Assembly: GCA_965112735.1 (NCBI GenBank)
Contig: OZ218951.1
Coordinates: 4,464,001-4,528,000, forward strand
Direction of reading: 5' to 3'
Source of the DNA: Phaeosaccion multiseriatum
Lineage: Eukaryota; Protista; Ochrophyta, other classes
DNA: 64,000 bases
Both the position numbers and the translations under genes were made by a program. The notes beneath the pieces were generated by a model. That model saw nothing but the letters and a program-made list of their open reading frames with translations. It was not told the DNA's origin and ran no database searches. Of the stretch, positions 1-10,705 are shown piece by piece. Every line of letters begins with the position of its first letter. Within the stretch, counting starts at the first letter, position 1.

Positions 1-302
1 ATACATTCGAGTGGAGTGCTTTGAAGGAAGGCAAAAAATTCAGTCATCACACGCTGCTCTCCTGCCTTCCGAGGCAGGTGAGAGATCACTACATGTACTA
101 TCGTCAACACATCAACACGCGATGATTGATGCTGATGTTGCATACAATAACGCAAAATATATACATCGCGGGTGAGTCAGAGCCAGCCACCCCCCCCCAA
201 CCCAAGCCAGAGGCCAGAGGCAACGCCCAAAGGCCCAGCCCCGAAGTACAAGTAGTGAATCAACTCTCAACTCACGCCACTCACTCGACGCACTACACTC
301 AC

Positions 303-1339
303 CTATGGTCGAAGCCAATGGCCACAAAGGCGGAGATGGGCAGAAATATGCTCACAAACTTGCTGGCGGCGTCATCACAGCCCGCCGACATGTACACCGC
401 CATACACACGAGCCAGTTGCACAGGATGCCTCTAAGGAAGGCCGCGGAGAAGGTGAGGGAAGACTTGGCGGAGGCAATACCCACGACCCCGGCGGTGGTG
501 GGGAGTACCTTGGCACCGACCACGAGGGCGACCATAAGAAGACTGCCGAGGAAGTTGCCCAGGTAGGACACGATCCAATTCTTGAGGAGCTGTTTGTTGG
601 TCACCTGAGAGGGGAGGGGAGAGGGGGTGTATAGATAGATAGACAGATAGAGAGATAGATAGATGCATTCATTGGCGAGAAACAAGAGATGAGAGAAAAG
701 GGGGAGTGAGGGAGATTTAAAAAAAGAAAGAAGAACAGGGCAGGAATGAACTTGTGTGGACAAGACATGCGGACTCCTTCTTGTTTTCGTGCGTACCTTT
801 CCTTCGATCCTGGCGGCAGTGACCATGGCAGTGTTTCCTGTAAACAGCTCGCCGCCTCCAACCACGGTCATGTACAAGCCGAACGGCAGGCCAAAGGCGC
901 CTGCAATAAGCTGTTTCAGCCCAGGGTTGGCCGAGGCAATGCCAGCGCAATTTCCCCCCACCAGCAGCATCAAGAGCCCTCCAAAGGCAATGTGGCACCC
1001 GCTCAAGATGCCCAGAGAGAAGATCTTGGAGGCTGGCATGTTGCCCTTCTTCTCTCCCGCGTTGACCGCGGTCTGGTACATGTCTGCAGGAGCGGTGACG
1101 CCCATGCGCAAGCTACTGCTTGAGGCCTTTCCAACGGCCCTACGGCTGCTGCACCGCCCGCCTTCCAGGGAAATGCTGGGACTGCCGCTGAACCGAGAGG
1201 ACGGCCCGTGGTATGCGCCAACAGGTGGCATGCTCAGGCTTGCTGAGGGCACCAGAAAAGAGCTGCATCGGAGGACGCTAAGGCCCAGGAAGAGAGCAAT
1301 TGCGGCCAAGACGGTGGGGCGGACTGGGGACACCTTCAT
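303..1339 (-). CDS. Formate/nitrite transporter (FNT; NAR1/LCIA-like), plastid-targeted; 3' part lies beyond the left window edge
   Basis: Exons 1339-797 and 604-303 with GT-AG introns. FNT motifs present: FPFGL-like 'GLPFGL', 'GGELFTGN', 'NWIVSYLGNFLGS', 'GILCNWLVCMAV', 'FVAIGFDH'. The N-terminus is a hydrophobic signal peptide followed by 'CSS-FLVP' (ASAFAP-type) and an S/R-rich transit peptide. Confidence 0.9.
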
Positions 1340-1501
1340 GGCTAGCGTAAGTCGTGCAAAGATCGCGAAAGTTCTGCTCGAAATCACGAAATGTTCCCTC
1401 GTTCCCAAAAGGAGCGTCACCTTCGCACGGTAGAATCCAGGGAATCCTGGCGACGCCTCTCCTGGCTTGAGCCATCGTCTTGAGGAAAAACAACGGGCGT
1501 C

Positions 1502-4447
1502 ATGGTGGCCCTAGTAAAGGACGTCACGAGCGAGAGCGACTTCGAGTCCCTGACTAGCGGCAGTGGCAGGAACTGCGTCATCTTCTTCTGGGCGGATTGG
1601 CATGAGCCATCCAAGCCGGGGGGGCAGATGAGCGAGGTGTTTGAGCAGCTGGCCAAGATGCACGGCGCGTCAGGAGACATCTCCTTCCTGAAGGTACGCC
1701 TGATTTGATTTATTGGTTGGTTGAAGACAGGACGGGGTGGAGACGCACAGCAGGTGTGAGTAGGTAGGGTAGCAGAGGCGGGGCAGGGCAGAGGGCGTCG
1801 GAGCAGAGGAACTGGGAGAGCGCCACATGTCTGCATCGTGTTTGCAGTAGCACGTCACGTCTCCCTCAGACAGAGCTAGCATTATCGCCGTCGATCTCTT
1901 AACACTCATGTTTGCAAGAGGTGGTCGGGGGGCCTCCAATTCGCTCTTCTCGCCCACGCCCACCCCTTCCTAACCCTGCCTATCGCATTCTCTTCTGCAT
2001 CCAGCACTGTGGATCGGGCTATGGTCGTTTCCTTTTGTGTGCTCGGATAGTAAGCGGTTCACTAAGCGGCCTTTTTTGTCTCCCTTTGCCTCCCTCCACC
2101 TCCCCTCCCTCCGTCCTACCCCGTCCCCCCCGCCCTGTCCCGCTCCGCCCCACACCCACACCCAAATCCCTCACAAATGGCAACAGGTGGAGGCGGAGGC
2201 GTGCCCCGGCCTGAGTGAGCGCTTCAGTGTGTCCCTGGTGCCCTCCTTCCTCTTGATGCAGGGAGGGAAGCTGGTGAACACCGTCCAGGGAGCGGACCCC
2301 CCGGCCCTTCTCGAGGCCGTCCAGGTTCGTACGGGTACTGTACAGAACGTTACAGTACAGGTGCGGGGTGGGAGGGAGGGAGGCCCCCGTGTTTGGGCTT
2401 CTTCGGAAGAGCGGCTTTTCTCTCGTGGATGGTTAGCCGCCATGCCACCCGCCCGCCCGCCCGCCCCCACCCACCCCCAACTCTAGAGACATGCCACTCA
2501 CTCAAGAACATGCGGGAAGGGAACTGCCTTAGCTTTTTGTCGCGCTTCCACTCGAGGTGGTTGTATCGAAGGTTGCGTCGTCGTTCGTAGGTAGCAGAGG
2601 ATGAATCAAAAGCAGACCTTCTCCCTCTCTCTCACTCTCACTCGCTCTCTTTCTTCGGCTCCTCTCCACCTCTCTCTCCCATATCTCCCTCGTTTCTCCT
2701 GTCCCTCCCGTCATACCATACCATGGGTTACAGGCATTTGCGTCCTCCGCAGCAGTGCAAGGAGGAGGAGGAGCGGCGGCGGCTTCGGTGTCCGGTCCAG
2801 CAGCAAACGTCTCTCCCAGCGGCGCGAACGATGATGCAGCAGCGGCGGCACTGCTGACCTCTCGCCTGAAGAGAATAGTCGGGTACGTACTGCCCGAATG
2901 CCAGATGAAGACATACCCCGCCTCCCTCCCTCCCTCCGTCCTTGGCTGATGTCATCCATTGTTTATGACAGGGGTGGCAGTGAGGGCCGTGAGGGGCACT
3001 TAGCATGAGTCAGTGGAATGTCTATTCATGTTTTTTTATGGGGAGCTTCCACTCCAGCACACCCGATCGGACTGGGGTAGCCCCGTCCGTTCGTCACTTC
3101 CGCCCCCTTCTTCCTCTCTGCCTTGCGTATCTTTATTTCGACTCTGTGCGTATCTCTGAAACGAGCTGATCTGAACTGAACTGAACTGAACTTCACCCAT
3201 TTGCCCGTCGCTCCCCCCCCCCGCCCCAACGCCCCCTCCCCCAACCCCGCCTCCCTCCCTCCCTCCCCTCACCATCCCAAATTGCTTCAATTACGGCTCC
3301 AACAACTGGAAATTGCCTTCGTCACCCACCCTCCCACTCTCCCTCCCTCCTCTCAGTGCCCACCAGTTCATGCTCATGATGAAGGGCAGCCCGAAAGACC
3401 CCAAGTGCAAGTTCAGCCGCAAGGTGGTGGCCACGCTACACGAGGGGGGGGTGGACTTTGGCAGTTTCGACATTCTCAAGGACAGTGCCGTCAGGGAGGG
3501 CCTCAAAAAGTACAGCGATTGGCCGGTACGTTGGTAGTTTATGTAGGTAGTTACGTAGTAGCGCTGCAGGGAGGTGGATGTGGAGGTATACGCTGCAGAG
3601 GGGTACTTCAGTAGCTTCCTTTGGTCCCTTGCAGACTCCCTTGGTCCTTTGGCCCCTCCTCCTCCCTTCTGTGACGCTCCTCTCTCTCTCTCTCCCTGCC
3701 CTCCCACCTCCCCTGTTTCTGTTTTGTGTCCCTGTCTTTCTTTCCTTCTTGTCTTCCTGAAACTGTCGTTCCTTCGGTCGGTGTGTACCCCACAACGCAC
3801 CATTCCAACCCCCCGCCCCCCTTCAGACATACCCTCAGCTGTATTGCAACGCTCAGCTCGTGGGAGGTGCGGACATTATCGCAGAGATGGCGGAGGGAGG
3901 AGGAGACATGCGAAAGAAGATCTTGGAGGCAGTCGGGGCAGACACAGCACAAGTTGACGGTACCGCAGCAGCAGCAGCAGCAGCAGCAGCAGGTGGTGCA
4001 GCAGGTGGTACAGCAGGTGGTGATACAGCAGGGGCTGCCGTGAGTGTGGAGGAGAGGTGTAAGGCGTTGGTGTCGGCGGCGAAGGTAATGCTCTTCATGA
4101 AGGGGGACCCTGCAACACCCCGCTGCGGCTTTAGGTAAGGGTGTGTGTGTGTGTGTGTGTGCGTGTGTGTGTTCGTGTTTGTGTTGTGTGTGTGTGTTTT
4201 GTACGGCTTGTCACCACCATCACCTGCTGAAACGGCTGTAACAGAACTGACCTCACTGTTCCTTCCCCCTCCCCTCCCCTCCATCTCCTCCCCCAGTCGG
4301 ACCATCATCGAGATACTGCAGGAGGAGGATATCGATTTCGAATCTTTCGACATTTTGGACGACGACGACATCCGGCAGGGACTCAAGACGTACAGCAATT
4401 GGCCGGTAAGAGACCTCACCTCCCCCACAAACGCACACGCACACAGA

Positions 4448-4487
<40 letters not shown>

Positions 4488-4535
4488 TTTCCCTCTCCTG
4501 CAGTCAGTCACGCGTATCCTTCGGACTCCGCTCGC

Positions 4536-4586
<51 letters not shown>

Positions 4587-4945
4587 GTTGTTGTTACCTT
4601 GCCCTTCCCCTCGCCTTTGCCCCCATCTCTTTGAACGAATGAACGCTTCCTTTGAACCCATTGAATACCCCTCCCCCCCCCCCCAATGCCTCCCTCCCCT
4701 GCCCTTCCCTCTCCGCGCCTCTTTACGTGACGTGTGACGTGCATGCCCTGCTGTATCACCAACCAACTGCTGCTGCTGCCCTGCTGTTGGCCTGCCCCTG
4801 CCCTGCTCCTGCCCTGCTGTTGCTCTGCTGCGCCGGCCAGACGTACCCGCAGCTGTATGTCAATGGAGAGCTGGTGGGGGGGCTCGACATTCTCAAGGAG
4901 ATGCGGGAGGACGGAAACCTCAAAGAGGCCCTGGGGATAGCCTGA
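1502..4945 (+). CDS. GLRX3: Multidomain monothiol glutaredoxin (Trx-Grx-Grx; GLRX3/GRXS17-like)
   Basis: Exons 1502-1693, 2187-2324, 2734-2882, 3357-3525, 3827-4134, 4297-4405, 4841-4945, all GT-AG and in frame. Trx domain has 'FWADWHEPS'. Grx1 has '[13 protein letters not shown]...WPTYPQLY...GG'. Grx2 has '[14 protein letters not shown]...[19 protein letters not shown]'. Confidence 0.9.
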
Positions 4946-5517
4946 GAGGAGAGTCGAAGAGATAGAGCCTGAGAGAACGTGATAAGACTAGCCCGAGAGG
5001 AGGAGGAGGAGGAGGAGGAGGAGGAGGAGGAGGAGGAGGGCGGACTGAAGGAGGCGCTGGTGCTCGGCTGGGAGAGAGCCCGACGGAGGGAAAGCCTGTG
5101 AGAAGGAGCCTGTGAGAGTCTGCTGAGAGAGCTTTTCCTCTCTTCTTCGTCGTCGGTGCGATTATGATCGATTGCTTTCTGTTACATACGTATGCGCACT
5201 AAAACAGCAGAGCCTACTACATATTCTTGTGACGCCTCGTCCCTTCTTTTCAGTTTATTGGCCCCTCTGTGCAATATCGAGAACCGATAAAGATGCGCTC
5301 ACAGAGCTCCCATACACCTCCATTCCTTCCCCCCCTCTACCCTGGGCGTGACGGGCGGGTGAATGCATCCCTGTCCCGTCCATCCAATGCCATCCATCCA
5401 TCCATCCACTGCCATTTATCATCTACCTGACGCGGGGTTTCCTTGTCCAGCTGCGTCACCTCCAATGCCATCCCCCTCCATCCACTGCCATCCATCCCTC
5501 CCTCCCTCCATCCACCC

Positions 5518-5725
5518 ATTCGTGAGGAGGTGCTGCCTGCCAATCACCCGGACCTGGCCAGCTCGTACATCAACCTCGGCGGCACCTTGCCCTGCTTCAT
5601 GAGAAGTATGCCGAGGTTGTTGTACGACCTGGCTAGGTCTGGGTGGTTGGCAGGCAGCACCCCATCACCAATCGCCATGGCCTTGCGTTGGAGCGCCTCC
5701 GCCTCCTCCACCTTGCCCTGATTGC
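5518..5725. pseudogene. Two TPR-repeat fragments (kinesin-light-chain/NB-ARC-TPR type) in opposite orientation, forming an inverted repeat
   Basis: Plus strand reads 'IREEVLPANHPDLASSYINLG'. Minus strand reads 'QGKVEEAEALQRKAMAIGDGVLPANHPDLARSYNNLGILLMKQGK'. The arms 5529-5580 and 5610-5661 are reverse complements with 5 mismatches in 52 nt. Confidence 0.7.
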
Positions 5726-5884
5726 CATCCATCCTCTACGTGACGGGTGGTTGTAGACACTCCTTCATGCAGTTGTCCTTGTCCTCGATTGTCCAGCTGC
5801 GTCAGCTCCACTGCCACCCCCCTCCATCCACTGCCATCCACTGCCATTCACCCACCCATCCATCCAACCACTGCCATCTATCCT

Positions 5885-7698
5885 CTAGGTGACGGGTGGT
5901 TGCAGACACTCCTCCATGCAGTTGTCCTTGTCCAGCTGCGTCACTTCCACCCTCCTCCAGCGCCGCTTGGTGACATTCTTGGCCCCTGTAGATAGGTTAG
6001 TCAAGTGCAGCTCCTGAGCCACACCCATGCCTCGCTCGGTGAGGGTGCGGTGCTCCACCAGCTTGAGGCTTCCTCCTGAGGTGGGCATGTTTGTAGTTAC
6101 TTGGATGCTGTCCAGCCGCCCTGCCACACGCAGCTCCACGAGCGTCTGTTGTGTGTGTGTGTGTGTACATATGTGTGTATGCAGGGGGGGGCAGGAGGGA
6201 GGAGAGGGAAGGGAAGGAGGTAAATAGGTAGGAAGGGGGGGAGGAAGGCAGGTAGGTAGGTACGTGGGTAGGTACGTGGGTACGTAGGAGGGAGGTAGTG
6301 AGGGAGGGTCGATAGGCACAGAGACGACCAGATGATGGAGCGACCAGAACAGGACAGGACACGGGGGAGAGGGGGGAAAGAGGGCGAGGGTGCAGGAGCA
6401 AAGCAACAGTTACAGAAGAGCAACAATTGGACGGGGCGTGTGAGTGCACTTCTTCAATTGTCTTCGTCAAGATGTGTACTACCAGAATATATAGCGGACG
6501 GGTGTGGGTGTGGGTGTGGGTGTGGGGACTCACGTGCTTGGGGCCCTTTCTCGCGGGGGTGACTTTGTCTTTCCCCAGCGTGTAGATCTCCGTAAAGTTA
6601 TTGATCTTGGTCTTTTTACAGACAATCATGAGTTGGTTGTCCAGGCTGCAAGCAAGAGAGAGAGGAGGAGGGATGGGATTGGGGGGGGGGGGGGTAGAGG
6701 CGAGGAGACAGAACGAAGGTCATTCGAGTGAGTCATGGGAGTCAACAAACAACAACACAAATCTATCTCTCGTCTTGCCAGCCTCCTTCCCCACACACCG
6801 CACCCCCCCTCGGCACCACAGCCCCTCCTCTGTCTACTCACATGATAGTGTTCCGCGTCTCGGCATCCTCCTCGCTCTTTAGTTGGGCTTCAATGGCCAG
6901 GTCTGCCACGCCCATGGTCCGCAGATAGGCCTCCATGTTGTTGCTCTTATCCTTGACGAGGACCCAAGAGCCCGCGAGGGTGAGGTGCGGGTTGGCCACG
7001 GCTGCGGCGAGAGACACTGGGACGGCCGCCTTGGCCGCTGCTGCCAGCTTCTGAGCGACTAGCGACATTGAGACTTGCTGCTGAGCCTGCGCCTGAGCTG
7101 CCGCGGCCGCTGCTGCTGCTTGCTGTTGCTGTTGCTGCTTTTGGAGTAGCAACTGCTGCTGCTGGAGCTGCAGGTGCTGCTGCTGAAGCGCTGCAGCCTG
7201 CTGTCGCTGCTGCTGCCGCTGTTGAGCTAGCTGTGCCTGCTGTTGCTGTTGCTGCTGCAACAGAAGCTGCTGCTGCTGCTGCTGGAGCAGCGCGTGATGC
7301 TGGTGCTGCACCTCGGGCTGCGCCGGCTGAGGGAGTTGGGGGGCAGGAGCAGGGATGGAGCTCCCGGGAGCCCCAAGAACTTGCCCCTGCTGGTACTGCT
7401 GCTGCTGCTGTGGAACGGGAGAGTAAGTAGGCACGCCAGGTGCTGCGACTGTCGTCGGCGTGGGAAAGGCGACGCCTCCCACTGGCGCAGCAGGTGGAGG
7501 AGCTGGAACTGCCTGTACTGCAGTCACGGACACGCCTGGATCACCTGCTATTGTTACTGTTACCGCTGCTGGTGCGGGTGGTAGCTGTTGTACAGCTGCT
7601 CCCGGGGCGGAAGGTCCAGGAGCCGAAGTGAAGGGGGCTGGGGCCGGAGGAGTGTTGGAGGTGGTGACAGCGACGCCAACCCCCGCTGAGGAGGCCAT
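5885..7698 (-). CDS. P/A/Q-rich protein with C-terminal FABP/calycin-like beta-barrel domain
   Basis: Exons 7698-6842, 6645-6534, 6145-5885 splice in frame. The C-terminal domain begins 'LAGSWVLVKDKSNNMEAYLRTMGV', resembling the FABP N-terminal GxWxL..S.N.E.YL..MGV pattern, and continues with beta-strand-like 'FTEIYTLGK...VTKRRWRRV'. Confidence 0.6.
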
Positions 7699-8056
7699 TA
7701 CACGGTCTTCCTGCTCATATGCCAATCAAGAAACACCCACGGTCGCCAAGGCCCAGCCGCTGGTAAGGGAGGAGAAGCAAGAGGACGCAGGAAGAAAGAG
7801 GATCGAAAAAGCGATAGAGCTGAAACTCAAACTCTCCTCATCTCGATCCGATCCAATCACAATCGATATTTCATCCAATCCCAAGTCACATCAACAAAAA
7901 ACAACCAAACAACAGAGATGTGGCCAGAACACATTATCTTCCTTTACGCCAGTCCTTTAGCCCATGGCTCGACGCTTTTCTGAGGAGGTACGTACTAAGA
8001 GCGGACCTTTTTCGAAGAATGAAAGGAAAGGATCAAAGAGGTGGCCGTCAGGCCAA

Positions 8057-8313
8057 GCTCGTGTTGTGGAGGAACTCATCTCAGGAGGTGCTGACGAGGG
8101 GAGGGAGTGGTGGGCCACAGCGGGGCGGCACTGGAGCTTCTCTCAGGAGGGGCCTCTCTGGCAAAGGCTGTGGCGATGAAGCGTCTATTAAATTCCTCCT
8201 CCAGGGTGTGGAGAGACAGCACTTTGCTCCATTTTGCGCCACTTGCTTTGCGGGTTGGACCTGATGCAGGGCACTGACCTTCTCTTTGGCAAGGAAGGGA
8301 GGCTGAGCGTGTC

Positions 8314-8359
<46 letters not shown>

Positions 8360-8731
8360 CTCCAGGCGAGGTTTCTCGGGCCCCCGATAACAAAGCAGAA
8401 GCCTGCGGCGGCCTGCGGCCGAAAGTAAGAAGCTTGCAGAAAGTAGCGAGAAGCCTACCAAGTCCCCCATTTTTCTCCCAGCCTGAGAAGCCTGAAGCCT
8501 GACCACTGTCGACCCCTGACAAGGTTCTGAGGCGACCCAGGCCAGAACCTGGAACCTGGCCGGCTGACGCCGGCCAGAACCTGGAACCCAGAACCTTGTC
8601 TGGGGTCGACCACTGGCCTGCGGCCAGAAGCCCGAAGCCTGGAGGGGGCTACGGCAAACCTCGCCTGGAGCCGAAGAGAGAGAGAGATTAGCCCTGTGGT
8701 GCTGCAGGAGGTGGCAGAAGAGATGGCATGA
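8057..8731 (+). pseudogene. Truncated, internally deleted and frameshifted copy of the 3' part of the ankyrin gene at 28873-30623, interrupted by a MITE
   Basis: Segments translate to 'ARVVEELISGG', 'GHSGAALEL', 'DEASIKFLL', 'RQHFA', 'LDLMQGTDLLFGKEGRLSVSQRE' and 'SPVVLQEVAEEMA*'. These match the C-terminus of the intact ankyrin ORF, but in changing frames. Confidence 0.8.
8356..8674. mobile_element. MITE (319 bp) with perfect 19-bp terminal inverted repeats, inserted in an (AG)n tract
   Basis: TCGGCTCCAGGCGAGGTTT (8356-8374) and AAACCTCGCCTGGAGCCGA (8656-8674). Internal CCAGAACCTGGAACC repeats. Flanked by (AG)20 and (AG)6. The element is absent from the homologous site in the intact ankyrin gene. 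Confidence 0.8.
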
Positions 8732-9031
8732 TAATTTAGGGTGGCCTGTGGTATGGTTTCGGCACTGCGCGAGGAGGGGGGGGGGATCGGGAACGGCACT
8801 CGTAGAGGCAGTAAGTGAGAGGGTAGGCAGGAGGAGGCGATAGGACTTCCCCCTTGAGTCATATGCACTGCTATAACAGATTACGCTTGTGAAAGGGCCC
8901 TAAGCAGACCCCTTTCAAGCCCCCCTCCCCGCCCACCCCTCCCTCCCCCCGCCCCATGCTGATACGCCTAAAGTTTTGACTAAAAAAAAATACAACATCG
9001 ATATAGAAACTTCTCAATGCCCATCATTCTC

Positions 9032-9149
9032 ACGGACGGCCATATCACATCGAGAATACCCGAACCCGTCCGATCTCGGAAGCCAAGCGAGGTCGAGCCG
9101 ATTTAGTACTACGGTGGGGGACCACGTGGGAATCGTCGGTGCTGTCTGT
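9032..9149 (+). rRNA. 5S rRNA gene, solitary
   Basis: 118 nt. The 5' ACGGACGGC pairs with the 3' GCTGTCTGT (helix I). Conserved 'CCCGTCCGATCTCGGAAGCCAAGC' and 'TTAGTACTACGGTGGGGGACCACGTGGGAA' are present. TATA-like element at about -30 (9002-9005). Confidence 0.93.
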
Positions 9150-9162
9150 TTTTTTTTTTTTT
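9149..9162 (+). terminator. RNA polymerase III oligo-T terminator of the 5S gene
   Basis: Run of 14 T beginning at the 5S 3' end. Confidence 0.8.
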
Positions 9163-9607
9163 GCCAATATCTTTTCCTTTTGCTTTTGCTTATCGCTGCC
9201 ATACACACAGCCCAGGCCGGTAGGACCTTGTGCTCTATGAGGATCGAGTACGCTTGTCGGCCTGTTAGTGTATGGGCAGGACATCGACATTGGATATCGA
9301 GGACGTCTATTTTGGTCAGATTCGGGACAGTGGGAGGGATTCAGTGATGAGGCCGTGATGTGGCAAGGAAGGGGACAAGGACAAGGGGAAAGGCAAGGCA
9401 CTAGGACAGATGTCAGGACAAGCAATAAGTGAAGGGTGGTGTAAGACAGTAGCGCGTCTATCAATACATCATACTTCACATTCGATCACATCTACATTTC
9501 TTCTACGTCACTTGTAGGAGGGTTGGAGTGAGCAGCAGACCACTAAGAGGAGATTTTGCTGAGAGCTGTTCCGAGAAGGGTCGCCACTGCCCTGGCTCGG
9601 AGGCTAA

Positions 9608-10116
9608 CAGGCCCCGTGCACTCCTAGCGGCCTAGGCCTATTTCCTATTTTGGAAAATTGCCCGGCCTAGCGAGGGCCGTAGGCCCTCGGCCTATTTATA
9701 GGCCGCCTAGGCGGCGGCCTAGGCGGGGGCCGGAGGCCCGCGGCCTAGGGCAGACGCCAACTAGGCGCAGGTCCAGGGCGGGAATATGCTCATATGCCCC
9801 TGGGCTGGCCCGGAACCCGCCCAAGTGTCGTCAGTTTTAAGCAAATGTATTGCATGAGATAAGTGAGGAGTAGACGTGTTGTCTCTTTCCGCCTCGCTGG
9901 CCCTACGAGGAGTGCAGGCCTACAGGTGTGCTGCTACCCACTGGCTGGGCGGCACCACGCACGCGCCCACTGTCACTGGGAGGCTGCCTAGAGGCGGGCT
10001 ATAGGCCGCCTAGGGCTGAAAAGTGAGCGGCCTAGAGCGGCCGGAGGCCGCCGGCCTAGGCCTATTTCGGCCGAAGGCCGAGCGGCCTAGCGGCCGCTAG
10101 GCGTGCACGGGGCCGG
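9608..10116. mobile_element. Non-autonomous TIR element (MITE, possibly hAT-like) with many CCTAGG/GGCC subterminal palindromes
   Basis: GGCCCCGTGCACTCCTAGCGGCC (9610-9632) matches the reverse complement of 10092-10114 at 22/23 positions. Termini are CAGG...CCGG. GGCCTAGGC motifs are dense near both ends. No clear TSD. Confidence 0.7.
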
Positions 10117-10221
10117 CGCTTGGGGGAAAGGAAAAGCCAGCACGGGATCCGAAGGCGCCAGTTTAAATTTCAATTCATGAGTTTGGAGCGGTTGCCACTG
10201 GATTTTTTTTATAAGGCAGAT

Positions 10222-10661
10222 ATGCAGCGGAGTGAGGGGCTGCAGCTCGTCATCGCGGGTGCCCCTGCCTCAGGTGGGTTCACCCAGCACTTCGTGCGAA
10301 AGAAAGCTCCGCTGGTTGATGTGTGTCACCTCAACGACCCCTTTCCCGCGTCCCCCCACCCCCCCCTCGCTGCTCTCTGTTCTCTGTAATGTAGGGAAGG
10401 GTACTCAATGCGAGATGATTGCGCAGCAGTACGACCTCGTTCATCTCAGGTACGACTAAGTGTAAGCATAGTGAACAAGAAGCAGCGGCTGTATCCCTTT
10501 TTCTCTTTTCCCCTCTCTTTCTCCCCTCCCTTGCTCTTCTCTCCTCTCCAGCACGGGCGACATGCTTCGAGCTGCCGTGGAGGCGGGAACGTAAGTTGCT
10601 GTTGATGGGGTTGAGTTTACAGCTGATATCAGCTTTGAGCCTTGAATCAACCCTTACTACT

Positions 10662-10705
<44 letters not shown>

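Noticed and set aside
9608-10116. CRISPR-like palindromic repeats
   Set aside because: No constant repeat-spacer periodicity, the context is eukaryotic, and TIR-element subterminal motifs explain it.
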